The notes below the pieces were generated by a model. That model saw nothing but the letters and a program-made list of their open reading frames with translations, searched no databases and was not told where the DNA came from. DNA of 64,000 nucleotides. It comes from Ascoidea asiatica JCM 7603. Its lineage: Eukaryota; Fungi; Ascomycota. This document shows, piece by piece, positions 26,827 through 38,496 of the stretch (positions within the stretch are counted from its first letter, which is position 1; each line of letters begins with the position of its first letter). The position numbers were made by a program, and so were the translations under genes. The stretch covers positions 70,423-134,422 of the forward strand of contig BCKQ01000001.1 of the NCBI GenBank assembly GCA_001600695.1, given 5' to 3'.

Positions 26827-28338
26827 ATGATTCAAAACATTACAAACGCTATAAAAAGGTCCTCTCTCTGTTCTCGATCTAGTAAAAATAAGAATAATGA
26901 TGATTACTCTCTCCAAAGAAAGAAGACTGCTTCTTCATTACCAACTTATTTTTATTATTCAAAGTCTCAACGACCTTCTTTTTCTTCTTCTTCCAAGTCT
27001 TTCAAGTCTTCAAAGTCTTTTAAATCTTCTTCTTTCTACCCGCGCTTAACCAATAATTTGAATTCCGTGGCGCTAAACAATAAAAATATCAATAACAAAT
27101 ATAATAACAACAATATCAAATATAATAACAACAATATCAAATATAATAATAAAAACAATATCAATATCAATAACAAAAATAATAAAAAATTGATAAGATA
27201 TGGTAAGAAATTATATACTCTTCATTTACATTCAATTAAAAAGAGAAAAAATTTATCTCAATTAAATAATAAAAATAAATTCAAAACTTATAAATTATTC
27301 TCAAAATCTGATTCAAATTTAAATTTACCACTTCAAATTACTCTTCAATCTTCAACAAATAATAACAGACCAATCAAATTAACTAGCATTAATCCAATTC
27401 AACCTGTTAAAAGAATAATCAAAAAAGAAAAATTATTATCCAAGAAAAAAAAAATTTCATTGTCAAAATCAACTCAAACTAAAAAAAAAAAAATGTCAAG
27501 TAATATCAAAGTTAATAATATTCAACCCCATAATCAAATTGATATTCAAAATTTATTAAATGAATTTGATAATTTTACTTTAATTGAAAATACTAATGAA
27601 TTCCAAAATCAATTTCAATATAATTTTGAAAATGATAATGATAATGATTTAGAAATTGAAAATGAATTAGAAAATGAAATAAAAAATTTATTAAATTTAA
27701 ATAATTTAAATTTTATTAATTTAAATCAAAATTTGTCTAAATTCAATAACTTATTCAATAAAATTGAATTAAATTTAAATCTTTTTCTTCCGAATAATAA
27801 TAATAATAAGAATAGTAAAAACTCTATTGATAATATTGACAACTCTATTGATAACTCTATTGATAATTCTATCGATATATCGGATAAGGTTACTGAAAAT
27901 ATTCATGATAATAATCAAGATTATATACAAGAAGACAATCAAGATGATGAGGATGATATTGAAGATACTAGTCAAGACAATAATCATAATATAAATAATT
28001 ATGATAAATTAAGAACTGAGTTTCATAATATATTAAATAATAATATTTCAATTAATTCAAATTACAATAACGATAATAATAATGATAACGATACCAATAT
28101 CAATACCAATAATATAAAAAATATTAAAAATTTAAATTTATTAAAAAATGTAATTGATGATTCTTTTAATCTTATTAATAATCCAATCAATTTCTCAAAT
28201 AATATAATAGATAATAAAAATAAAAATGAAAATGAAGAAATTAAATTATTCAATTATAATAATGATTTAAAGAAAAAATCTGATAATTTTATTTATAATC
28301 TCGGTGAATTAATTGATAATATTAATATAACTCTATAA
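26827..28338 (+). CDS. uncharacterised low-complexity protein (basic N-terminal half, acidic/Asn-rich C-terminal half)
   Basis: 503-codon ORF with genome-typical codon bias. No recognised domain. Confidence 0.7.
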   Translation: MIQNITNAIKRSSLCSRSSKNKNNDDYSLQRKKTASSLPTYFYYSKSQRPSFSSSSKSFKSSKSFKSSSFYPRLTNNLNSVALNNKNINNKYNNNNIKYNNNNIKYNNKNNININNKNNKKLIRYGKKLYTLHLHSIKKRKNLSQLNNKNKFKTYKLFSKSDSNLNLPLQITLQSSTNNNRPIKLTSINPIQPVKRIIKKEKLLSKKKKISLSKSTQTKKKKMSSNIKVNNIQPHNQIDIQNLLNEFDNFTLIENTNEFQNQFQYNFENDNDNDLEIENELENEIKNLLNLNNLNFINLNQNLSKFNNLFNKIELNLNLFLPNNNNNKNSKNSIDNIDNSIDNSIDNSIDISDKVTENIHDNNQDYIQEDNQDDEDDIEDTSQDNNHNINNYDKLRTEFHNILNNNISINSNYNNDNNNDNDTNINTNNIKNIKNLNLLKNVIDDSFNLINNPINFSNNIIDNKNKNENEEIKLFNYNNDLKKKSDNFIYNLGELIDNINITL

Positions 28339-28364
28339 TTCATTACAATGACATTCTTTAATCA

Positions 28365-30197
28365 TTACATTTCAATACAATAATTTAAAATTAATTCAAA
28401 ATTTGAATAAATTAATTCAATCTCTTTTGAAAATTCTCTTAATGATGTTAAAACAATATTAATACCACCGATTTCACTACTCACAACATTCATACAAAAA
28501 TATACTCCTGTTGCACATCCAATTGGTTGAGTGAAAATTAAATCCTCTAATGCAATTGAATCTTTTTCATTATTCAATTTATTATCTGATTTTTCAATTA
28601 ATCCAAGATTAGAAATTTCCATCATCGTATGTCTTGAGGATGTACTTTTTAAATTTAAAAAATTATTGACATCCGAATATTCTAACATTCCAATATATTG
28701 AATATGATTTTTATCATCAATGATTTCATGAATTTTATCATTAATTAATTTAATAAAATCCCAATTGATAACTTTTGATAGATTTTCTTTTTTACTGAGA
28801 AATTCAAAGGAATATCCTTCTGAATTATTCTTATCATCGCTACTGCTGCTATTATTGATTTTATAAAAAGAAGGTAAAATCAATTTCAATTGGGATACAG
28901 CTAAAATGAAATTATCATCAAATTCTTCAATATTATTTTCACTATTAATAGTTGAATTAATATTTTTTATTAAAGGTCTAAAATTAATTGGAACCATCAT
29001 TGAAATATCATGAAGTTTGGAAACAGGAGAAATTGATAATAAATAAATATATGATAAAAATGCTGTTAATTTGATTTTTTTAGTTCTTATTAAATTTAGT
29101 AATTTTTTTGAATTCACACTATTAATATTAAATAATTTATGTTTGGTATTGGGATCTCCAGGTTTATTTATTATATTTTTATTAAGATAATGATTACCAA
29201 TAATTAAATTTGAATAGTCTTTGAAATTTGTTAATTGTTTAAAAGGATTAAAAATTGAAAAATATGAAAAACAATTTGAAATTTTTTTATGAATTCTAAA
29301 ATATAATTCTTTTTTAGCAAATGGAGTCAATTCATCAAAATATGTCCAAAGATAAAAGAATAAAGAAGGTTTTAAACTTATATATTTATTAGTTGGTTGA
29401 ACAATTGGCTTCAAAGTTTTATAATCATTTTTTAAATTAAATACTTCAATTTCATTATTGAATTCATTACTTAAATTCTCATTTGATGAATTTTCTTTCA
29501 ATTTGTTAAATTGGTTATTTAATATTCTTAAAAAGTTTTTATGGAAATTTTTACCTGAAGTACCATCAAATAAAATATGATCACAATAAAATATAATTGT
29601 TTTTTTGTTTAGCACTGTTATTTTCCATAATGGCTGATTAATTGAACATAATTCAAAAATATGATTTTGTACAACATTTTGAATATAGTTGATAACCAAA
29701 TCTCTTTTATTATTATCATCATCATCATTATTGTCATTTTCAATTTCAACAAATTTTACAATTGAATCAAATTTGATATAATCAACAGGCTTTAAAATTG
29801 AATTCCAATCAGAATTTGGAAAATAATTCAATGGTAAATACATTGATAAATAGTTCAATGGAAAATCATTATATTTTTTTTTAATTGAATTATCATTGAA
29901 TACATTTAAAGTAAAAACAGTAAATTCATTAATTAATTGTTTGATTGAATTAAATAATAATTCATTTGAAATATCAATATTATAAGTACCAGCAACTGAA
30001 AAACATGTATATAATTTTTTTTGATTTCTTAATCTATAATAGTGTTCAAAAGACCATAATTCTCTTGATAATTTTTCATTAATAATATTACCAGAATCTA
30101 TAGATTCTGAAAGTGGTTTTATTTGCTGTTTGTCTTTAGTCGAAGAATCTTTTGAAGAAATTGATGTAGTTGATGGAGTTGATGGAGTGGAAGTCAT
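28365..30197 (-). CDS. alcohol O-acetyltransferase / Sli1-like acyltransferase (Atf family)
   Basis: PLWKITVL followed by the HxxxDG catalytic motif (CDHILFDGTSG), then PINFR and ISNLG motifs. Confidence 0.8.
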   Translation of the reverse strand: MTSTPSTPSTTSISSKDSSTKDKQQIKPLSESIDSGNIINEKLSRELWSFEHYYRLRNQKKLYTCFSVAGTYNIDISNELLFNSIKQLINEFTVFTLNVFNDNSIKKKYNDFPLNYLSMYLPLNYFPNSDWNSILKPVDYIKFDSIVKFVEIENDNNDDDDNNKRDLVINYIQNVVQNHIFELCSINQPLWKITVLNKKTIIFYCDHILFDGTSGKNFHKNFLRILNNQFNKLKENSSNENLSNEFNNEIEVFNLKNDYKTLKPIVQPTNKYISLKPSLFFYLWTYFDELTPFAKKELYFRIHKKISNCFSYFSIFNPFKQLTNFKDYSNLIIGNHYLNKNIINKPGDPNTKHKLFNINSVNSKKLLNLIRTKKIKLTAFLSYIYLLSISPVSKLHDISMMVPINFRPLIKNINSTINSENNIEEFDDNFILAVSQLKLILPSFYKINNSSSSDDKNNSEGYSFEFLSKKENLSKVINWDFIKLINDKIHEIIDDKNHIQYIGMLEYSDVNNFLNLKSTSSRHTMMEISNLGLIEKSDNKLNNEKDSIALEDLIFTQPIGCATGVYFCMNVVSSEIGGINIVLTSLREFSKEIELIYSNFELILNYCIEM

Positions 30198-31140
30198 TTT
30201 CTGGAGAATTAAAATAAATATAATAGGTATTAAAATGAAAAATTAAATAATAATATTATAAGTAATTGAATTTAGTGATTAAATATGATAAAAGGCTTGA
30301 TGAACAGCAAATAGAAAAGAAAAAAAAGGAAAAGAAATCAATGAATAAGAAAATAAAATACTAAAATAGTGCAATAACAATGATAATAGGAGAAATAAAA
30401 GAAGGTTAAAGCTAGCTGAATTTCAAGTAGCATACACTATCTTCCTTCATAGCCGAATCATTCACAGGTTAAATAAAGATCAAATCTAGGTTAATTCACT
30501 TAATTTGAGTCTATTAGTTTATAAATTATTTAGCTTGTTCTTGTCTGTTTTCATTTGACTTTGACTTCATTTGGGTCATTTCGAATGTATTTTATTTTGA
30601 TTTCCGAAGATTTGCAATGATTTTCGATAATTTTTGTATTAATTTTGTCTTTCTTCAATTGTTTTTTGATTGTTTTTTGATTGTTTCAGCTGCTTTCCAA
30701 TTGAATTTTGGTTGTTTTTGACGTATTTTTTTGAAATTTTTTCTGTTTGCGTACGCGGAACTCAGTGCCGAGGGTTCCGAGCGGCACACACGGATAATTC
30801 GGGTATATGTGAAATCCGAAGCCGAATGACAGAAGACCCGCAAAAATGGACTCGAAATATTTTTATTTTTTTTTTATTTAATTTTTATTTTAATTTATTT
30901 TATTATTGCTTTGTGAAACATGAATGAGATATGAAATAAATATGGAATAAATATGAGATAAATATGAGACAAAGATGAGATAAATATGAAAGAGATATGA
31001 ATGAGATATAAATGAAATATGAAATAAATATGAACAACAATGCTGTATATGAAGACAAAAATAAATCAATGAAAGAGAAAGAAAAAAAAGAATGAGAATG
31101 GAGTGAATGGAGTGAGATAATAATAATGATGAGATGAAGT

Positions 31141-32691
31141 TTAGATGTAATATTTCCTTAGACTATAATCATCACCAACTTCTTCTTTGAATTGCTCCCA
31201 TTCATTTAAAGATTCTGTATCATTTGTTAATCTTAACCAATTTGCAGAACAACTATAATCATCAAAAGTAAAATCATTTAACGGATTACAAATACATTTA
31301 TTTTTAAGTCTCAATTCTTCATTTAATGGACATGAAGAATATGGAGCATGATAATAACCAATATCTTTAAACCAATGTAATTTATCTTTTGAGAGAAATA
31401 AAGAAGCTGCAATTGAATGAATTGGTGCGTCACCCCATCTTTCATAAAAAAACCCACCAATGGAATCTAAAAAATTAAAATATTCTTCATATTCTTTAGA
31501 TCTATAAAAATCCATATCTGCAATTTCAAAATTTGACCAATAATGACATAAATTATAATTTGAATTTAATAGTTTCTCTTTAATTGATAAATTTTTAATA
31601 TCATTATTTGTAATATTATCATAACTTAAAATAAAATCAATTAATGAATTTTTATTAATATAATTTAAATTTTCTAATAACCATAATTTAAGATATCTCC
31701 AAAGTGATTCAATTGTATTTTGATATTCATAAATTGAAATTACAAAACCATAAGATTTATTATTTAATCTCATAAATTTAAAAACATCATAAATTATATC
31801 ACAATATAATTTTATACCAGGTTCAATTCTCCAATAATATTTATAATTTTTTAATAAAGGTTGATTATAAAAAAAACCAGATTGAAATCTACACATATGT
31901 CTATAACTTTCTGAATTTCCATAAATTATATTATTTAATTCCATTTCTTTTCTTAAATTTTTTGCTAGTTTTAAATCAATATTTCTAGGATATGACCAAA
32001 ATTTATTATTATTAATTTGATCAAAATAAACATTACCAGAAACTAAATTTGAAACGGATTTTATAAAAATTGGAGTAAATTGTTTATCATTTAAAAAAAT
32101 CCAATCATAATGATAATTTTTATTAAATCTATCTTCAATAATTTGAATTGTTTGTAAAATATCATATAATTCTGAATTTCTACATAATGTGAATAAAGTT
32201 GCATTTTCTTTTTTATATCCGTTTGAATTATTAATTGAATGATTTGTAATTATTGGAAATACAATATTTTTATATTCATATCTATGATTATGTAAATAAA
32301 GTTCACTTCTAGAAACGTTAGTAGTAATATTATTAGTGGTAGCAGAAGTAGTAGTAGTAATATTAGTATTAGTAAATGATTTAGGATTATGATTATAATT
32401 ATTATTATTTTTTATAAATATAGGGAAATTTGTTAAAATTATCAAAATAAATAATGATATAAGTATAAAAATAATCAAAACTAAAATAAATAATAAGTTT
32501 TTCAAAGAATTGATTGAATTAATATATTCTTGAACTTGTAAATTTTTACCAACTTTTCTACTATCTTGTCTTTTGATTTTCTCTTTCATTTCACTTATAT
32601 CATAAATTAAATCATCTTTAAATTCATTAACTTTATCATATTCTTTTATTATTTTTTTACTTTTATTTGAATTTTTCTTATATGAACCCAT
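31141..32691 (-). CDS. KRE2/KTR-family alpha-1,2-mannosyltransferase (GT15), type II membrane protein
   Basis: Transmembrane anchor plus ENATLFTLCRN, SYRHMCRFQSGFF, YYWRIEP, CHYWSNFEI and YERWGDAPIHS. Confidence 0.93.
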   Translation of the reverse strand: MGSYKKNSNKSKKIIKEYDKVNEFKDDLIYDISEMKEKIKRQDSRKVGKNLQVQEYINSINSLKNLLFILVLIIFILISLFILIILTNFPIFIKNNNNYNHNPKSFTNTNITTTTSATTNNITTNVSRSELYLHNHRYEYKNIVFPIITNHSINNSNGYKKENATLFTLCRNSELYDILQTIQIIEDRFNKNYHYDWIFLNDKQFTPIFIKSVSNLVSGNVYFDQINNNKFWSYPRNIDLKLAKNLRKEMELNNIIYGNSESYRHMCRFQSGFFYNQPLLKNYKYYWRIEPGIKLYCDIIYDVFKFMRLNNKSYGFVISIYEYQNTIESLWRYLKLWLLENLNYINKNSLIDFILSYDNITNNDIKNLSIKEKLLNSNYNLCHYWSNFEIADMDFYRSKEYEEYFNFLDSIGGFFYERWGDAPIHSIAASLFLSKDKLHWFKDIGYYHAPYSSCPLNEELRLKNKCICNPLNDFTFDDYSCSANWLRLTNDTESLNEWEQFKEEVGDDYSLRKYYI

Positions 32692-33403
32692 GATTTTGTC
32701 TAATTATTTTTTTTTTTTTTTTTTCAAAATTCAACCTATGGATTTTGAATTAATTTTTTATCTTACGGATTAATTGAGGATTATGATAATAAAAAAAAAA
32801 AAAAAAAGTACTCAAAAGATTCAATTACTATTCAAGTAGTATTCTATCACAGTTCTACAGACCCTTTCAGAATTTTTTTTTCAATTCTATTCCTACTTCC
32901 TTTACAACTACTTTTTATCTTTGTTGTATTCTACCCACTGATAACAATTTATTTTATTTTCACACCAAAAAATAGGCTTATACTTTAAGGTTCGCTGCTG
33001 TGAAAAGAAAAAAACGAGTGAAATTTCAGTTTGTGAAGAGAAGGTGGCTGGAAGTGGCTGGAAGAGGCTGAAATTAGCTTCTGACTGGGCCCAGACTCTT
33101 TTCCGTGCTTATCCGGTGCTTGGCAGATCCTTGGCATGGTTCAGACGGATAAAAGTATTAGGTAAGCGCTTATATAATCTTAATTGCATAATTTAGTAGC
33201 TAATACGGTGAAAATATAATCTGAACACGGTTTAAATTCCATAAAAAGAAATTGTGCGGAAATAAATATCCGTATACCTTTTATTTTAAAACTCCCACAG
33301 TTTTGGCGACAGTGTACTTTCAATAAAATTACCACTTGATTAGTAATTGATTGATAAATATATTTGAGTGTTTATATCTAAAATACATAAAGTCCTTTAT
33401 GTT

Positions 33404-34720
33404 TCACTGTAATAATTTGTTAATGTAGTCTTGATTACTACTACTTGCCAACAAAGGCTCATTTTCACTTTCATGGAAAATCACTGGTCTTAACTTTTTA
33501 GTATCTTCAAGTTCTTCATCATACCAATCATATTCATCAAATTCTTCTTCCCCAAATTTTCTGAATGATGTTAAAGCTCCACTTAATCTTGGTGCATTTT
33601 CATCTGTTGATTTAGCTGTCATTTGAACAACTTGAACTGATGATGATGTATTATTTTCTCCACTTTTTGATTCTCTATCTGCAATTTTTTCCATTTGTTT
33701 TTTAGCATCTGTTTCATTATCAATATAATGAAAAACTGGTCGTAATTGTGCAATTTTATTAATTGGTGTTAAAACTATTTCTTTTTTATTATTATCTTTA
33801 ATTTTTAAAATTCCAATATAATATCCATTAGAACTTGTTAGTTTACCACCTAATGTTTGATAATTTAATTCATTCCATTCTGTAGCTTTATAATAATTAA
33901 AAAATTTATCTGTATTTAATGGTATATCAACTTCAATTACTTCACTTTTATTTTTAATTCGAGATTCAAATACTCCACTATTCTTAGAATTAACTAATGG
34001 CTTGGTATTTGGTCTATTAGGATATTGTAAAAGATATAATTGTAATTTATTGATATCCATTGCTTTTTTTTCTTCTTTTTCTGATTCATTTTCATTTTCA
34101 TTATCATTATCATTTTCAACTTCAACATCCTTATCAGAATTAGCATCCATATCAATATCACTGTCACTATTGCTATTACTATTACTATCACTATCAATGT
34201 CAATAGCTTTACCTTCAGATTTCTCTTCTTCAGAATCTGAACTTGAATCTGACTTTATTTTTCCTTTCTTTGTTTTTTTTTTATTCTTATTCTTTTTGTC
34301 TTTCTCTGTTTTTATTTCTTTTTCTTCCTTTATTTTTTCTTCAAATTTTTCTTTTATATCAGTAATATTTTTGAGATCATTTAAATATATTGGAATTTCC
34401 TCAACTATAATATCATCTTCATCATTTTCTTCTTCATCATCATCATCTTTATCTTCAGCCTCTTCTTGAGCTTCTACTTTAACTTTAGATGTATTCTTAC
34501 TCTCTTCATGTTTAACACTAATGATCTTTTCAATTATTTCTTCTTCTTCTATTTCTACAAAATGATTAGTTTCAAAACTTCCATTTTCTTCTTTTACTTT
34601 ATGTTCTTCATTTTCTATTATTAAATTTGTATCTTCTGTATTAGTGGCTTTTGCCTCGTATTCTAATGAACGTACATCGTCATCAACATCTTCTTCTACG
34701 AATAATCCACTTCCTGCCAT
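33404..34720 (-). CDS. RPC37: RNA polymerase III subunit C37 (Rpc37/RPC5)
   Basis: DIIVEEIPIY, LYLLQYPNRP, IEVDIPL and AQLRPVFHYID motifs. The likely start is the ATG at 34720 (MAGSGLFVEED), resembling the yeast Rpc37 N-terminus. Confidence 0.85.
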   Translation of the reverse strand: MAGSGLFVEEDVDDDVRSLEYEAKATNTEDTNLIIENEEHKVKEENGSFETNHFVEIEEEEIIEKIISVKHEESKNTSKVKVEAQEEAEDKDDDDEEENDEDDIIVEEIPIYLNDLKNITDIKEKFEEKIKEEKEIKTEKDKKNKNKKKTKKGKIKSDSSSDSEEEKSEGKAIDIDSDSNSNSNSDSDIDMDANSDKDVEVENDNDNENENESEKEEKKAMDINKLQLYLLQYPNRPNTKPLVNSKNSGVFESRIKNKSEVIEVDIPLNTDKFFNYYKATEWNELNYQTLGGKLTSSNGYYIGILKIKDNNKKEIVLTPINKIAQLRPVFHYIDNETDAKKQMEKIADRESKSGENNTSSSVQVVQMTAKSTDENAPRLSGALTSFRKFGEEEFDEYDWYDEELEDTKKLRPVIFHESENEPLLASSSNQDYINKLLQ

Positions 34721-35082
34721 TATCGTCTTCTCTTCTTTTCTTCTTTTCTTCTTTTCTTTCAGTCTTATAAGCAAACTTGTTGTATTTAATCAAATCAATT
34801 CCAGCAGCATCATTTATTTTATTCTTGCCTTTTTTTTCTTTTCACTGCTCTTTTTTGGTTTTTTTCTTAACTTTTTTCTAGTAGCGCTCCGCCATGCACA
34901 AAGCTGCAACGGCGCTGGTAAAAAAAATATTTCAAATAAGAAAAAAATTTGTTTATCAGTTTTTATCATAAGAAAAAAATAAAAAATTTATTTATTTATT
35001 TGAAGAGATTAAAATTATTAAAAATTTTTAAATAATTTATATTTCCAAAGAAAATTTATATATATTTATACTCATATTCAAA

Positions 35083-37605
35083 ATGGATGATGATGATGAC
35101 GGATTGCTTATGAATTTTGTGACTACAAGTTCAAACACAAGATCAACTCCAAAGAAACAAAGAGTAATTGGTGGAAAATGGAAAGATAGAAGAAGAATTG
35201 AAAGACAATTGAATAGAAAAGTTAAAAAACCAGAGCAGAAATCTGATGAAAAATCCAATCAATCATCTGATCAAATATTAAATCAGAAACCTGCAACTCA
35301 ACCTCAAAATCAATCTAATACTAATGACAAAAGTACAACAATAATACAATCAGAAGTTCTTCAATCTATACAATCTGAAAAGAAAAGACCAAGAATTGAA
35401 GATACTCAAGCAATAAATCTTTCAAGAAAACAAATAAAAATAGGTGATTCTAAAAATAATAATAATGATAATAATAGAACTGGAATAATCGATCCCGAAA
35501 ATCATTATTATAATCCAAACTCAAAATCAAATCAACAAAAACATGGTGGTAAAAGTTCAACTTTTGTTTCTTCTCTTTTTTCATCTAATTTAAAATCTTC
35601 AATAAAACAAGAACAACAAGATTCAAAATCCACTTTAGATATTATGAAACCTTCAAATGCTCCATTATTAAAAGGAAAAACAAATTTCGAATCTTTAGGT
35701 TTAAATCCAAAATTATCTAAATTTTTATCTGAAAAATTATTATATTCAAAACCAACAATTATTCAAAAGTTAGTTATTCCTTCTTTACTCGATAATAAAA
35801 GAACGTCGGATTTATTGGTTCAATCCCAAACTGGTTCCGGTAAAACTCTCTCTTTTACACTACCAATTTTTAATACTTTAATGAATTTAAAAAATAAAAT
35901 AGATAGAAATTCAGGTTTATTTGCAATAATTTTAACACCAACAAGAGAATTAGCAACACAAATTTATGTATTATTAGAAAAATTAAGTAAAATCTCTGTA
36001 AATATTGTGCCGTCATTTGTAACTGGTGGTGAAAAAAAAAAGAGTGAAAAGGCAAGATTAAGAAAAGGTGTAAATATTTTAGTTGCAACTCCAGGTAGAT
36101 TATTAGATCATATAAAAACTACAGAAAATTTAGATTTATCTTTAGTTAAATATCTTGTTTTAGATGAAGGTGATAGATTAATGGAATTGGGTTTTGAGCA
36201 AACTTTAACTGATATTATTCATAATATTGAAGTTCAAACAAGAAATATTGATCAAGCTGAAATTCAAAATATTTATCCCGAACTACCACCTTCAAGAATA
36301 AGTGTATTATGTTCTGCTACTTTGAAAGATAATGTTCAAAAATTAGGTGAAATGACCTTAAGAAATCCACAATTGATATCTGCATCTGAATTTCAAGAAG
36401 ATAATAAAGTTTCCAAGACTTCGGATAAAAATGTTGTTGTGTTTGATAATAATAATGATGATGACAATGATGATGAAATTTATAATAATCAAAAGAACTT
36501 TATACATTCAAATGCTGATATTGAGCATTTTTCTGTCCCGGATCAATTAGAACAAAAGTGTCTAATAGTTCCTCCAAAGTTAAGATTAGTATCATTAAAT
36601 GGTATATTAAGAATTATATCTGTTCAAAATCAAAATCTAAAAGGTTCAAGAACAATTGTATTTCTTTCTTGTTCAGATTCTGTTAATTTTCATTTTAAAG
36701 TATTTGCAAGAAATGGGAAAATTGCTCAAAATAAAAGAGATATGCCTAAAGATAGTATTGAAGAAAATGATAATGCAACTGTTTGTACATCTCCAATATT
36801 AGATAATAATACTATAATTTATAAACTTCATGGATCTTTAAGTCAACAAGCTAGAACTTATACATTAAATCATTTTGTAAAAACAAATTTAGTTGAAAAA
36901 AATGAAGATGGTGAAATTTTGGAACCTAAAAATCTTATATTATTTTGTACAGATGTTGTTTCTAGAGGTTTAGATTTGCCTGAAATAACAGATGTTATAG
37001 AATATGATCCTCCTTTTTCAATTGAAGATCATCTTCATAGAGTTGGAAGAACAGCAAGAGTTGGAAATAAAGGTAGAGCATATTTATTTTTATTTCCAGG
37101 TGCAGAAGAAAATTATATTTCAAGAATTCAGAAATATCATCTCAAAAATAAAATTCAACAATTAAATTATGAGAGAATATTAAAATTAGCTTATAATAAA
37201 GTTGAAGAAACTGATTATAAAAGTAAAAAAAATAGTAATAATAAAGAATTAAGTTGGGATTTTGAAGCTACAACTTGGCATTTGAATGTTGAAAGATGGT
37301 TATTAGAAGATGTTGTATCTCTTGAAGCTGCAAAAAATGCATTTATTTCTCATATTAGAGCATATGCAACACATTTGAATACTGAAAAAGATTGTTTTAA
37401 TCTTAAATTATTACATCTTGGACATCTTGCAAAAAGTTTTGGATTAAGAGAAACTCCGAAATCTATGGGTAATAAATTTTCTAAACGTACTCAAAAAGAA
37501 GGAAAGTCAGAAAAAAGAAAAGTTAAAGAGGATCCAAAAAAGAAATTATTAAGAATGGCAAGTTTAGCTGTTAAATCCCGAAGTAGTGAGTTCAATTTTA
37601 TGTAA
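35083..37605 (+). CDS. DBP7: DEAD-box RNA helicase Dbp7 (60S biogenesis)
   Basis: MDDDDDGLLMNF start, QTGSGKT, GGEKKKSEKARLRKG, DEGD variant box, SAT, HRVGRTAR and LHLGHLAKSFGLRE. Confidence 0.93.
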   Translation: MDDDDDGLLMNFVTTSSNTRSTPKKQRVIGGKWKDRRRIERQLNRKVKKPEQKSDEKSNQSSDQILNQKPATQPQNQSNTNDKSTTIIQSEVLQSIQSEKKRPRIEDTQAINLSRKQIKIGDSKNNNNDNNRTGIIDPENHYYNPNSKSNQQKHGGKSSTFVSSLFSSNLKSSIKQEQQDSKSTLDIMKPSNAPLLKGKTNFESLGLNPKLSKFLSEKLLYSKPTIIQKLVIPSLLDNKRTSDLLVQSQTGSGKTLSFTLPIFNTLMNLKNKIDRNSGLFAIILTPTRELATQIYVLLEKLSKISVNIVPSFVTGGEKKKSEKARLRKGVNILVATPGRLLDHIKTTENLDLSLVKYLVLDEGDRLMELGFEQTLTDIIHNIEVQTRNIDQAEIQNIYPELPPSRISVLCSATLKDNVQKLGEMTLRNPQLISASEFQEDNKVSKTSDKNVVVFDNNNDDDNDDEIYNNQKNFIHSNADIEHFSVPDQLEQKCLIVPPKLRLVSLNGILRIISVQNQNLKGSRTIVFLSCSDSVNFHFKVFARNGKIAQNKRDMPKDSIEENDNATVCTSPILDNNTIIYKLHGSLSQQARTYTLNHFVKTNLVEKNEDGEILEPKNLILFCTDVVSRGLDLPEITDVIEYDPPFSIEDHLHRVGRTARVGNKGRAYLFLFPGAEENYISRIQKYHLKNKIQQLNYERILKLAYNKVEETDYKSKKNSNNKELSWDFEATTWHLNVERWLLEDVVSLEAAKNAFISHIRAYATHLNTEKDCFNLKLLHLGHLAKSFGLRETPKSMGNKFSKRTQKEGKSEKRKVKEDPKKKLLRMASLAVKSRSSEFNFM

Positions 37606-37881
37606 TTAATATAAAATGTATACTGTAAATTTTACTGGATTTAAAATTTTTTTTTCTTTTTTTTCTTTTCAAAATTAATACTCAACTGATTAAAATCATC
37701 ATTCTTTATCATTTTCATAACAATTTATAGAAACAAAGAAATTAAAAAGTGTACATTAATAAATCCATTTTGTAGTATATATATAAAATATAAAAGTGAG
37801 ACCATTGAAAGCATTAAAAGCATTGAAATTGAAAAAAAAAATTATAATAAAAACAAGAACAAAAAAATAAAATAGAAAAAA

Positions 37882-38462
37882 CTACCAATCAGCTTCACCA
37901 GTTCCTCTCATAAAAGAATAATCTTTACCATCAATATTAGCAATTCCTTCTTTTAAAGTACATTTCCATTTATTTCTAACTCTTTGAACTTTATCATATA
38001 AACATAAAATAGTATTTTGATCATCATCTTCAGAATCATCATCAGATCTTATTACATCTTCATCATCAGAAGAGTTTAAAGAATCTTCCATATCATCAGA
38101 TAAATCATCTAAATAATCCTCTTCTAAAGCTCCATCTACTTGTCGTAATGGCCTTATTTTAGCTTTATTTATTAAGTTATCTTTATTTATTAATTTATTT
38201 TTTTTTAATAATTTATTTTTATTTATTGAATTATTTTTATTTGTATTGAATTGATTATTTATTAATCTATTTTTAAGATTATCGTCAACTTCAATTTCAA
38301 TTTCAAAATTATTATTATTATTATTATAATTATTTTTAATTGAAGTTAAATTTACAGTTCCATCAACTTGATGAGGTAAAACTAAACCTGGAATTGAACT
38401 TAAATTATTATTTATGGAATCATTATTTCCTAATTCTGATGGTAATTCAATTGAAGGAGTAA

Positions 38463-38496
<34 letters not shown>

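Noticed and set aside
34721-34774. N-terminal extension of RPC37 in the ORF track
   Set aside because: It begins at a non-ATG codon in a purine-rich leader, and the ATG at 34720 gives the family-typical start.
34955-35030. RRPE-like AAAAATTTT motifs upstream of DBP7
   Set aside because: Biologically plausible but indistinguishable from background at this AT content.
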